Shown here one piece after another: positions 43,226-55,333 of a stretch of DNA of 64,000 nucleotides (position 1 is the first letter of the stretch; each line of letters starts with the position of its first letter). The notes under the pieces were generated by a model. The model worked only from the letters and a program-made list of their open reading frames with translations, was not told the origin of the DNA and made no database searches. Source of the stretch: Chrysomallon squamiferum (taxonomy: Eukaryota; Animalia; Mollusca); the NCBI GenBank assembly GCA_012295275.1, contig CM022671.1, forward strand, positions 17,360,001 to 17,424,000. Reading direction: 5' to 3'. The position numbers and the translations under genes were made by a program.

Positions 43226-45050
43226 TAGTTGGATTCTTTATTTTTATTTACTTGATAGTATATTAGCTGTTTCCAATGAAGTTTTTGATTAAAACTGAAT
43301 TGAAATTAGACAGATATTCAAACAAATCAACATTTAAATTGAACTACACTTGGTTTCATTCATAAAGCTGCAACAATTTAATTTTTCAGTATAAGGTGTA
43401 CATAGCTTTTGAATGTTATGAGTGGTGTATTTGAAAAATATTTGTTTATTTTATTTTGATTAATTCTCAAGGTGCAACTACAAACCATTTCAACCAGGCA
43501 AAGCTTTAAAACAACTTTTGATTTGTCAACTATATAAAAAGAGGTATAATTAAAAATACTAAAGAATATTATACTCTTCAACAAAGTAGGGAAACACGAA
43601 ATATTAATGTTAATGTCAACAGTACTCATCAAAAATTTATTTATTTATTTATTTATTTTTATTATATATTTTATTTTTTTATTTATTTTTGACGAGTATA
43701 ATTATTAGACAAACATACGTTTTGACCACAGTCATCCTAAAAATTACCAAAATGTATTCAGTAGTTTGAAAATGCATCAGCCAAACTTTATATACAGGTC
43801 CACCTCCAACAGCACAGCATCAGCCGAATGTCATAATGTGCCCAATACTGAACAAGTCTGGGACATGATAACACATGTGCATCAGCTTTAAACACCATTT
43901 CAGATAGAAAAAAAAAAAAAAATAAAAATAGAAAAATACAAAACATTAAAAATTTACTAAACTTTAATACAGGTAACAATATAATGCAGTAATATTATAA
44001 TGTATGAATGAAAAATACAGACATAAAAGCAGTGTAAACAAATGTCAAAGTGTATGTATGAAGAAAAATGTAGGCTAGATTGGGTGAGGTTTGTTAGGTT
44101 AGGATGGTTACAGGTGTAGTAGTACAGTTTACTCTTTACCTTGATGGAAAATGTTTAGAGAGAGGGTTGTCGTTATCGTAATAACCTAAAAGTACCTTCA
44201 GGTAAAATTTTAAGTGGGAAATGGCGGTAAGTTCAAATTTTGTCATTTCTTTCCAGATTTGGTCTGGATTTCCCGAAAGCCGGAAAACAGGGTTCTGTGA
44301 AATCGAGTATCAGTAATATTTCAAATGTTTGTAGGATTAATGAACGAGAGCACAAAAAACTATAAAAGTTCGATCTCATTTATATTCTTTGATCCATTAT
44401 GATAAAATATACACAGTTTATATGATAATTATGACTTTCTCTACTAACATACTTTCTCTCAGTGAATCATCTTTCAAACCGGTCAGTTATAATACTTACC
44501 ACACACAACACACAAACACAGACCATTAATTACTTCAGATAAACAAAGTGAGTGGTTACCATATATTAATGTCTCAAGATTCTTTCGTGGAATTTCCTAA
44601 GAGCCTTAAGTATAAATAAAGATAAATAAATCTCAGATGTCTTAGTGATATTTATGCATTTTAGTATAATAAAAGATTATGCTGGTTGACTTGGATTTTC
44701 TTTTTCTTTTAATCTTTTACGTTTTTTATTTTATTTTATTTTATTTTATTTTATTTTAGGTCGTATTGTTTTTTTCTTTTCTCCTAGTAATTACAGAATT
44801 ATCTGCACTTGTATTTTAATATTTTAGTAAATAAATAATTTTATTTTTCAGTGATTTTTATGCTTGTACAAAGGCATGGGAGCACCAATTGCGGGAGCCG
44901 CCCCAGTGTTTACTATTTGGTTCTTTGTGTTTGGTGTAGGAACTCGATTGCAACGAATAGAGTGTGACAAACTTACGTAAGGCACAAATTCCTGTTTACC
45001 TTTTTCACAGTTTTGCAATTTATCACCTGCATTTCAATAGTTGTCTTAAT

Positions 45051-45081
<31 letters not shown>

Positions 45082-45695
45082 TAAAATAAATAAAAATGAA
45101 AATTAAAAAAAACAAAAATATTTTTTTTTTTTTTATAATTATATTGTATGACTACCATTATTAGAATATGATTATAAAAATAGTTTGTTTTCTAAAACTA
45201 AAATATTTTCATTGGAATTCATAGTGAATAGTTAATTTCAGAAATAAAAAATATAAATATTTAATGACCTTCTAGAAATGTCAAGTATTTTTTGATTAAA
45301 ATTTTCTTAAATAAAAAACTTTAAAAAAAGTTTATATCATGACCATTATCTTAGAATAAATGTTTTAGCAAAAATATACTTTGAATATGCCTAATTTAAA
45401 TATTTCAACAACATAATGATCGACAAAGCTAATAATCAAATGAAATATGAAAAGATTATTACGTGTGATGTGAAGAATGTGAAAATGTGAAAACTATTTG
45501 GTTTAGTTCAAGCGATGTTGTTAGGATCTCGTAAATAATAAACATTTATCAGAGTTTTTTGTGTCAGATACACTCAACTTTTTAATGCTGGTATGCTTGC
45601 TGGAGTTTTCAGCACTGCAATCGTGGCATCAGGAAAGATAATTAAATGTCTCTTACAGGTAATTGAAATTAAAACATATATAGATAGGTATATAT

Positions 45696-45746
<51 letters not shown>

Positions 45747-46125
45747 TTACAGATACAGATATAGCATATTTTCAAGTTTGTGTTTAAGAAAAATGGAATA
45801 AAAATAAAAATCCATGTTACTAACATAAATGAACACACATACACACATACAAACACACACCCACACACACACACACACAATCAGCTAAAAAGTATACATT
45901 GCTGAATGAAATGTTTTGAAAGTAACATTAATTCAAACTTCAGGTTCAGGCAGCGTCTGGAGAAAAGAAATACAGTGGACCTATCGACTGTGCTAAACAA
46001 CTGTACAAAATCCGTGGAGTGTACCGAGGTACAGTCGCAACATTACTGAGAGACGTCCCAGCCATAGGATTATATTTTATAACTTATCAATGGTTTCAGC
46101 TTGTATTGATTCCAAAAGGCCAAAA
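42564..46125 (+). pseudogene. Truncated unprocessed duplicate of SLC25A20 (exons 1, 3, 4, 5 only: 42564-42661, 44852-44976, 45568-45658, 45944-46125)
   Basis: High nucleotide similarity to the intact copy. Exon 1 is 98 vs 96 nt (frameshift; GHPLDTIK motif destroyed). No exon 2 equivalent found. Exon 3 begins TGA where the intact copy has GGA. Exon 5 has a 9-nt deletion. Exons 6-8 are absent because the intact gene starts 300 bp later. Confidence 0.92.
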
Positions 46126-46358
46126 GTGTATACCATACATTTTAAATAAAATAACATCAAACTGCACATTCATTAACTCTTTTTCTTATATATTACCATA
46201 AACACCATAGTTTAAAGTATTTTATGAAGTTTATAGATACAATAAAGAAAGAAAGAAAGAAAAGAAAAAAGAGCGTTAAATAATGTTTTATATCTTAGCG
46301 CGTATAAATGTCCCTGGAGATATACTCTTCTGCGCTGTGAGTATGAGAGAACTCTAAA

Positions 46359-46368
46359 ATCACGTGAT
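46359..46368. promoter_or_regulatory. Palindromic E-box ATCACGTGAT in the SLC25A20 promoter
   Basis: 10-bp palindrome ~65 bp upstream of the ATG, in a CpG-containing patch; bHLH-ZIP (USF/MiT-TFE/SREBP) type. Confidence 0.55.
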
Positions 46369-46431
46369 ACGGCATACTCGCTTCAGTGCGTGCATGGTTG
46401 TTTTGTGGGTTGGTAGTTTGTCGATGTGAAA

Positions 46432-49400
46432 ATGACTAAAAAGGAAAATCCATTGAAAGACTTTTTGGCTGGAGGTTTTGGTGGGATGTGCTGTGTTGCT
46501 GCTGGCCATCCACTTGACACCATCAAGGTAATGTCACAACGACTGCATCGAATTATTGTGTTTAATAGTTAATTACTGTGTTGGGGGGGGGTTGTTGTAA
46601 AATAGCTTGTGTGTTTATTTATGTGGACTTTGAACTCTGTGTAAAATCTTGTGCACAGATGCCAAAGAAAAAAGAAATGTCACATCAGTTGAGCAAAATA
46701 TTATACGTTAGGCATCTAAATATTTGCACAATCTTGTGTTTAATATTTTGGGATCATATTTATATTAACTTTTAACTTGTCAGTCCACGCCGTGTCAACA
46801 GCTGACGTAATTTTTACTGTAAATGCATAATGACAGTGTGAGATTCAGATTTTCTTTTCTTTATAAATAAAATAAATTTCTGGTACAATGATGGTGACAG
46901 TTATTATATAGAAAAACAACAACGATAAAATTTCCAACACAAGTTAGAAGTAGTTTTGATGTGTACTGTACTTGGCCACTGTTCAGATAACAGTAACCTT
47001 CACAAAATCTTTATGTATTATTTCCACACCTTGGTCAAAGATATGCTGCCATCATAAAACCAGAACAATGAAATATTCGGTTGAGTAAACAGCAAGCTGT
47101 AAACAATAAGAAGGTTTATACAGTATAAACAAAATACAATAAAAATATCCCCCCCATCTTTAAGTTTTTCTTTGTTTTTTTTTTTTTTTTTTTTCAGATG
47201 GAAACTTGATTTTGCAAATAAAAGAAAAAGTATTTTCCATCGCTATGTTTTTTGTGTAGAATATACATAAGAACAAATCAGTAATAACATCTGTGAAGTA
47301 TAATTATAATTTAGAGACCTATTAATAACATTTACAGTTAAACTGTATTTTGATTATTATAAGAAGCAGTTTACTAAATTCTCTTGTAATGAAAATAATT
47401 TTGTTTCTTTTTTTATTTTATTTTTCTTCATTGGAAATATCAATTAAAAAAAATAAAACATATAACATTTTTATGAACTAACCAACAAAATTTTTTTCCA
47501 CTAAAAAGATACACTTGGTTTATTTTATTTTAACTTTATGCATCTGACATTCAAAGTTATTCTAATTGTCTTCATTTCAAAATATTTTAATTGTCCATAT
47601 AACATTACTTTTTCAGAAATGAAAACTTTTATGTGCATTATGTAACAAATGCACATGATTTCAAATGATCCAATAATAAAAGAACAAGTTCTTATTTTTT
47701 TTGATGTAATCTTCAGAGATGATAACTAAATGAAATTAAGACTGTTCTGACATTAACAGATTAAATTCTAAGTATGAAATAACTATTCCTTTTTTTTCTC
47801 TTTATTATGAGTGCTCTGTTTAAAATGTACAGCCATGAACTAATTTTAAACTTATTTTTGCAAATCTGTTTGTATAAATTTCGACAAGAACAATTTTTAT
47901 CGCTAAATGAAACTTTATAAGTGAACTACACATGCACACTTGCAGGAAAACAAAGAACACACACACACACACAGACAGACAGGAACAAAAAAGGTCCATT
48001 TAAGAAAGATCTTTGATTTAGAATACCATGTCTACCAATTTCTAAAAACTTTTTAAAATCAAAATCAAAAGTTTTTCCTTTAAAAGACCATTTCATTGAA
48101 ACTTGACAGACTCAGCATGTTTATTTTTTGTTTGTTTTATTACATTTTCAACCTAACATTTTTATTTTTTAAAATTAGTTTTAAATCATATGTTACCTTT
48201 TTCTTCTGTAAATTAAGCAGGTGTAAAATCAAACAGGCATTTAAATTGAATAGAACTTGGTTTCGTGCGCTCCTGTTTTATTTTTGTGTTTCTTTTTAAT
48301 CTACAAGTGGTGTATTTGCAACAAATTACTTATTCTATTTTTATAAATGTTTAAGGTGAGGCTACAAACCATGCCAAAACCACAACCTGGCCAGGCTCCA
48401 CTCTATAAAGGAACTTTTGACTGTGCAATGACAACAGTAAGAAAAGAGGTATAATCACATGTTTACCATATCTGATTATAACATAATAATTATAATAAAT
48501 GTTCAGAATATTTCAAATCTTATAAAACGTATTCTGAAGAATAATGTGTGTATGTGTAAATTATTAAAATGACCAAAAAAACAACAACAACAGTGTAAAA
48601 CATTTTCCAAATATTATTATTTTACATTATATGTCAGAGTTTTATCTGTTTTCTTTGTTCCTAATTTTTATACAATAAACTGAACCAGTATTTTAATATT
48701 TTAGTAAATAAATAATTTTATTTTTCAGGGATTTTTAGGCTTGTACAAAGGCATGGGAGCTCCAATCGCGGGAGTAGCACCAATGTTTGCTATTTGCTTC
48801 TTTGGGTTTGGTGTAGGAAAACGACTACAACAAGTAGAAGGTGACAAACTTACGTAAGGCACAAATTACTTGTCTATCTTTTTCCAGTTTTGCAGTTTAC
48901 CATCTGACTACTTTTTATCATTAGTTGTCTTAATTCTTAAACAAACAAACAAAATTAATAAACAGAAGACAGTTATGCTTTATATACAATTGTATGTTAT
49001 AAAATCACTATATAAATTCATAATGAATGAATAATTTCAGAAATAATACATTTACCTTAGACAGGAAATAGTTTTCTTATTACCAAATAAGAAAATGTTA
49101 TATTTTTAGTGAATGTCCAACATATAATATTTTTAATAACAAAATTTTAATTAATTTTTTTATCTTTCTGAAAATATTAGCTCTCTGATACAGTTACTAA
49201 ATCTCAAAATCATTTAAGCTGTGCAAGATAAAAAGTTTAATTTTAAAAAAGGGAAAATATTTTTGTTTTTTTAAATATTTAAACTAAAATTCAGAATGCT
49301 GGACAAAACTAATATACATCAAATGTGAAAAGAATTTAGTAAGTCAGAGAAAAATATTTCATATGGTTTTGTATAAGCTTTGTTTTAGATGACATTGTGA

Positions 49401-52006
49401 TTTGTATGTTGTTGGAAAATAACAAATATTTATCTTTATTTTCTGTTTCAGTTATGCTCAACTGTTTAATGCTGGTATGCTTGCTGGAGTTTTCACCACT
49501 GTAATCATGGCACCAGGAGAGAGAATTAAATGTCTCTTACAGGTAATTGAAATTAGAAAAATATATATTTATACCTGTCACAGTTAAGTAGGAGAGTAAA
49601 CTAACGACCTTATGAGGATTTGTATAGGCTGCCCTTTTTAGTTATTTTCTTTTAATTTCCAGACTGAATGATACAACAACAGTGCAATACTTTACACAGC
49701 TGTTGTTTGTTATTATTTTTTTCATATTTTTATTCACAAAATAATTCACAAGTTAAAAATTATATGACTATATGCACATTTTATAATGTTATTTTAACTA
49801 TTATATATTTTTATTAGCAAAAATAGTTAGTATTTAAAAAAACAGGAATAATGATATGAATTAAATGTGTTAAGTAAACCAGTAACATTGAAATTCTGTG
49901 TTACCAACATATACAAAAAAAATAAAAAATAAAATAAAAAATGGTTAAAAAAAAAAAAGATTGCTGAAAGAAATGTTTTGATATATACTATTCATTCAAA
50001 CTTCAGGTTCAGGCAGCATCTGGAGAAAAGAAATACAATGGACCTATTGACTGTGCTAAACAGCTGTACAAAGAAGCAGGTATCCGTGGAGTGTACCGAG
50101 GTACAGTCGCAACATTACTGAGAGACGTCCCAGCCTCCGGGATGTATTTTATGACTTATGAATGGTTTCAACATGCATTGACTCCAAAAGGTGAAAAGTT
50201 AGTATATCATACATTTTAAATAAAATCACAACAAATTACACACATATTAACTGTTTCAATATTTGTTAGCATAAGCACATATTAGATACGGTTTATAATA
50301 TTAATTGTAATATAGTGTAATTTTAATCTTAAAATATATTTTAACTCTGATGTAGATTTATTTTATGAAATTGTAATAAATATATGGTAACCTTATTTCA
50401 TTATTTACAAGCACAATAAGAAAATAACTAATTGCATAATCTACTGTTGGGGAAATATTAAAATAGTACTCAGACTGGTATGGCACATACTGTAGTCTAT
50501 ATACATTTTAAATTAAAACATTACAGCATTACTAACAAGTTCCTACAGTACTTGGTCAGTGAAGTCTTCAGGTATTGATAAATATTACCAGTGAAACACT
50601 TGACTGTTTTTGTGAATTTGCTTGTAGTCGTGAGAAACTCAGTGTAGGCAGGACTTTGGTTGCTGGAGGTTTTGCCGGAATATTCAACTGGTTGGTTGCT
50701 ATGCCTCAAGATGTGTTAAAATCTCGATTACAAACAGGTAAACTGATTTGATTTAATGTATTTAACATCACCCTACCACAAACGAATACATAACTTTTAT
50801 TTTATTTTATTTTATTTTTTATTTTTATTTTTATTTATTCATTATTATTTTTTAAAATTAATTCCAGTTGAATTTTGTTGGTAAAAATAAAATAATATAA
50901 ATATATTAAAATCTGGATAAACTGGTCAGAGATAGATAATTTCAGATGTTAGTTAAGACTCGTAATAGAAAGAATGGTTTAATATGCACACAAGCTCACA
51001 GCTTTGTTTATTGTAACAGAAGTTTTATATGTTGTTTTTTTTTTTTTACTGAGTTACTTTATGTTAGTAATATGTTTCATAGTAAACCAAAACTGGCACA
51101 ATACTGTAACTGAAATATGTTGCTAAACTACATTTAACATTCATTTATATCAAAAGAAAAGAAAAACTGAACATTTGTTATTTATCTGTCCAGAAAAAGC
51201 CCAATTTTGGTGCTTCACTGTTAAATATTTATTCACTGAAGGTGAGGTTCCTTCGTGGTCCTAGAAGAAAAAAGAAGACACCTAATATCATTAAAAAATA
51301 GCGTTTACTTTTTAACCGTTTTATTTTCTTTTCAGCTCCCCATGGTAAATACCGCGGCATCCGTGATGTATTTGTACATCTAATGAAAGAAGAAGGGTTT
51401 CTGGCATTGTACAAAGGTTTCACGCCTGTTATGATTAGAGCATTCCCTGCTAATGCAGTAAGTAATTATATGTGCGAATTTAACAAAATCATCTGAGTGT
51501 TTTTTAATTTCTAATTTTTACCAAAAAAAAGTTTCATTTCATTTTTAATTTTATTTGATAACTTCTAGATATAAATAATTCATGGAAAAAATTCAGTTTG
51601 AATGTCATAGTTGTAATATCACAAATGCAACAAATACTATTCAGCTGAACAGTCATAATCTAGTACATAATCAGTTCCTAGTTCCTGCTTTTCTTTGTAT
51701 TCCAACTGCAGCCTCTTTAATGGTTTATTTAAGACATGGGTAAAGACTGCTTGTCCTATAGGATACATACAAGCCAGGATTTAGAACTCAATGCCTTTCT
51801 CAATACCCTGCTGTTTTAGAACGTCATTGTAGTTCTATGAAATAAGTATTTTCAGTATTTTGTTAAATATGTATGAATGTTATAGTTTATTTCCTTTATG
51901 ATTAGACTGAATAAAAATAATAATTTGTGTAATTTCTTTTCTTTTTCAGGCTTGTTTCTTAGGTTTTGAAGTAGCAATGACATTTCTAAACTGGATTTCG
52001 CCTTAG
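46432..52006 (+). CDS. SLC25A20: Mitochondrial carnitine/acylcarnitine carrier, 8 exons (46432-46527, 48356-48448, 48729-48853, 49452-49542, 50007-50197, 50628-50737, 51336-51457, 51950-52006)
   Basis: [55 protein letters not shown]..[28 protein letters not shown]..[76 protein letters not shown]. Three carrier repeats with CAC-specific motifs; consistent phases. Confidence 0.97.
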
Positions 52007-52409
52007 ATAAACAGAAGGAATTTATTATATTTAGTCAGTTTGATAATATACCCAGTTAATTATTATTAGTGATAAACATTTTTGTTCTATTTGAGAGTAG
52101 GTAGCAATTTTATGGCAGGATGTGTTCTCATTAAAACATACCCATTAGAATTATAAAGAAAAATACAGATTATAATGTATACTATCCACATATTTTGATA
52201 TATATTTATTCAGTGAATATTTACAGAATAATCAAATAACTGTAATGTATCACTTTCATACTTTGTTTTTGTAGACACTATTTTGTTTATGTTAATACTT
52301 TCAATGTTTTTACATCATTAATTTATCTGTTCCTAGCATATTATATAATAACACCAGCCTTGATATACAATGCAAACTCTCATTATTGAAAGATGCCTTT
52401 ATATTGTAT

Positions 52410-52428
52410 GTATGCATATGTGTATATG

Positions 52429-52488
<60 letters not shown>

Positions 52489-52756
52489 TATACACATATA
52501 TATGTGAATGTTTAATGACATCTCAGCAAAACATTTATTTATTCATTCATGTAATATATGTATGTGTGTATGTATGTGTTTATGTATGTGGATGTATGGT
52601 ATATATGTATGTATGTATGGTATTGATATATGTGTGTATATATATATAGCTATATAAATATAATATATATATATATATACTCACACACACATACATACAT
52701 GCACACACAAACACACACACACACACACAATTATATATATGTATATATATATATAA
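52410..52756. repeat. (CA)n, (TATG)n and (TA)n microsatellite cluster
   Basis: Directly visible, downstream of the SLC25A20 stop codon. Confidence 0.9.
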
Positions 52757-55333
52757 GCAAGAAACTCACATATTTGTCATTTCATTGTTATAAATTAAAA
52801 TTACATTGTGTTCTGAGTATTGAGTTGTATTAAGTATTACAAAACATACTTTCCATTCATTGCCAAGTTAATATTACTTTATACATTGAATCATATTAAA
52901 TATTCTTAGTACAAATTGGTCGTCACTTAAGGAGTAAATCACATTGTTTTGCATGTCATGTTTTGTTATCGCTCCGTTCCTTTGGCATATTTTGGATATA
53001 TATACATATATGTGCAATATGCTCCAAAACTTTCTTGTTTTTGAAAGTTTTGTCCATTTGCTATGTCCGTGGATGTAATGTTATGATGTTTATATATTAT
53101 ACAACATGAACATGTTATTTTTTTATTTTCTTAATCACACTTATTTACTGCTTTATTCAGATACATTGCTAGTCAGACAAACGATATTAACACACTGTTA
53201 GTTTAGTTTACAATGTCTCACTGCAGATGATTTCTTCATTCAGTAATAACTAAGATTGTAATGGTTGTGGACCAAAAAAAAAAAAAAAATGTGACCATCA
53301 AAAACAAAATAATTTAAACAATTATCAACAATATAAAATAGAATACTGACTGAAAAATTGACTTCAGTATGTAGTTGTCAGATAGATGATGAATTTCATT
53401 TGACATTCTATGAAATTGTATTCTATATAGAATTAGAAAAATGTTTTATTAATGCATTTGTATGTAGATAGTGCTATAGTCTTCACCTGTCAGTTAATTT
53501 CTATATATTTACTTTCATGTTGTTCAAAAGCTACAAGATGTGAAAGCTATGATAATGAGGTATTTAAACTGATTAACATGATTACATGTAGCTCTGAAAA
53601 TTTACATACATTTTTATTGTATTAGTTTTTCAAATTTCAAGTGAATTCAGACTATATTGTAAAAAAAAAAGACTTGTTTTATACAGATATATTTTGATTG
53701 ATAAATTTGTTTCTTGTAAAAAAATGTTTAGTTATGTTGTTATTAATTTATTTTCAGGTATTGTCTTGTTTTATCATAATTCATTTCTGCAAAGACAAAG
53801 AAAGTGGAAAATAATTTTAAAATTAAGATTCACTATTTGATATATTATTTTACATCAGAATGTTCCAGGAATACATATTGTTTTCCTTGAATAGTTTCAG
53901 TCGCAATTAGTATACTAGTTTTCCTGATATTCAAAACTATTTTCTTTCAATAGGCTAGTCAGTATAAAATGTATGAAGTAGAAACATAAAAATCATCAGT
54001 TTTTGGATCGCTGATAAACATGATTTTAAAGTGAAAGTAAAATAAGCCTATCAACACTGATGTTTGATATGAAAAATGGGAATATTCACGAATGAAAAAA
54101 GGCATTTAAATTATTACTAAGTCCTGTTCATTTTATTCTCATTTATATTAGTACTCATTTTAAAAATAGATAACAAATATTTTAAAACATAGTATATAAA
54201 TATTCAAATGATCTAAAAGTCTTCAGTATTCAAATATGTCAAATAATTACTTCTGTAACACGACACGATTCGTTTTAATTCATCAAAAACAAACAATGTT
54301 TTTTTTTAAAAAGTTCATTATTGTATTAACATGGCTCATGAAAATTACATAACAGAAATGAAAGCTTTCTACATATGACATTTGACTGTGAATGGACAAA
54401 AATATTAATTCTATTGCAACATGTATCTTGAAATGTTTTGTTAAGAAACCTTCTATTAATCCATAGTCTTTAATGTCAGTAAACAGTAAATTTAAATAAT
54501 GGTATTCTTAAATGAATCCAAAGAACAACTGCAAAGACGTTGATCATGGACATTTATTGGTATACAGCAGCATGGAGAAGATTTTCAGATATATCTAGAG
54601 ATGTAATCTGTAAAATGAAAAAACAAAACATAAACAAAAACAAAATTTCTAATTTGTTTAACCAATTGCTAAATAAAACAAAGGTTTAAAGAAAATACAT
54701 TAAAGTGCACTTAACTAGACAGGAAGAAACAGTCTAAATATATTCTGCATTTTCCATGTTTGTTTTGGTGGATTTTGTTTTTAAAAAAATTATATAAACA
54801 ACAAAAAATTACTATTTGAAAGTATCTTCAGTTTCTATAGTCAGGCTGGACATCTTTGCTCTACAGTTTATCCTAGAGTCTCATAAATACAGTTTACAAT
54901 GTAAATAATGTGAAAACTGCAGATGTAAAGGGATAAAATAATGGCATTCAGATGTTCTGTAATAGTATTATTGTATTGTCATACTATGTTACGAGTGATG
55001 ACAGGTCATCCCCAACATTAAAATATTAACTTGGAAGTATAAGGAATTTTTTTAGTCCGTTTATTCATAGACTTTAATCCTTTTAAGTTTCATCTTTGGT
55101 TTTTATTAAAATAACTTATTACTTGAAAATAAAATTCCTTTGAAATAACAGAGCTTAATCTAACAAATAATAATTAAATGAGTTCCCATTCTTAACTCTT
55201 CCATAATAATTACAATTTAACATCTGTGCCTGATCCAACTGTGTTAAATTTTTTTTTTTAAAACATTAAACTGCTCTAACCATTATACAGAAACAACATA
55301 TAAATCAATCTTACATATTTGAGAAAGCAGGAA

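Noticed and set aside
43798-43840. cag|GTCCACCTCCAA (VHLQ) as the missing pseudogene exon 2 (VRLQ)
   Set aside because: No nucleotide similarity to 48356-48448 beyond the first codons, whereas the other pseudo-exons are highly similar to their counterparts.
44852-44854. In-frame TGA as selenocysteine or read-through
   Set aside because: It occurs in a copy with a frameshift, a missing exon and truncation; it replaces Gly, not Cys; no SECIS recognised.
52310-52833. His-Thr / Val-Cys repeat ORFs
   Set aside because: Translations of (CA)n and (TA)n microsatellites.
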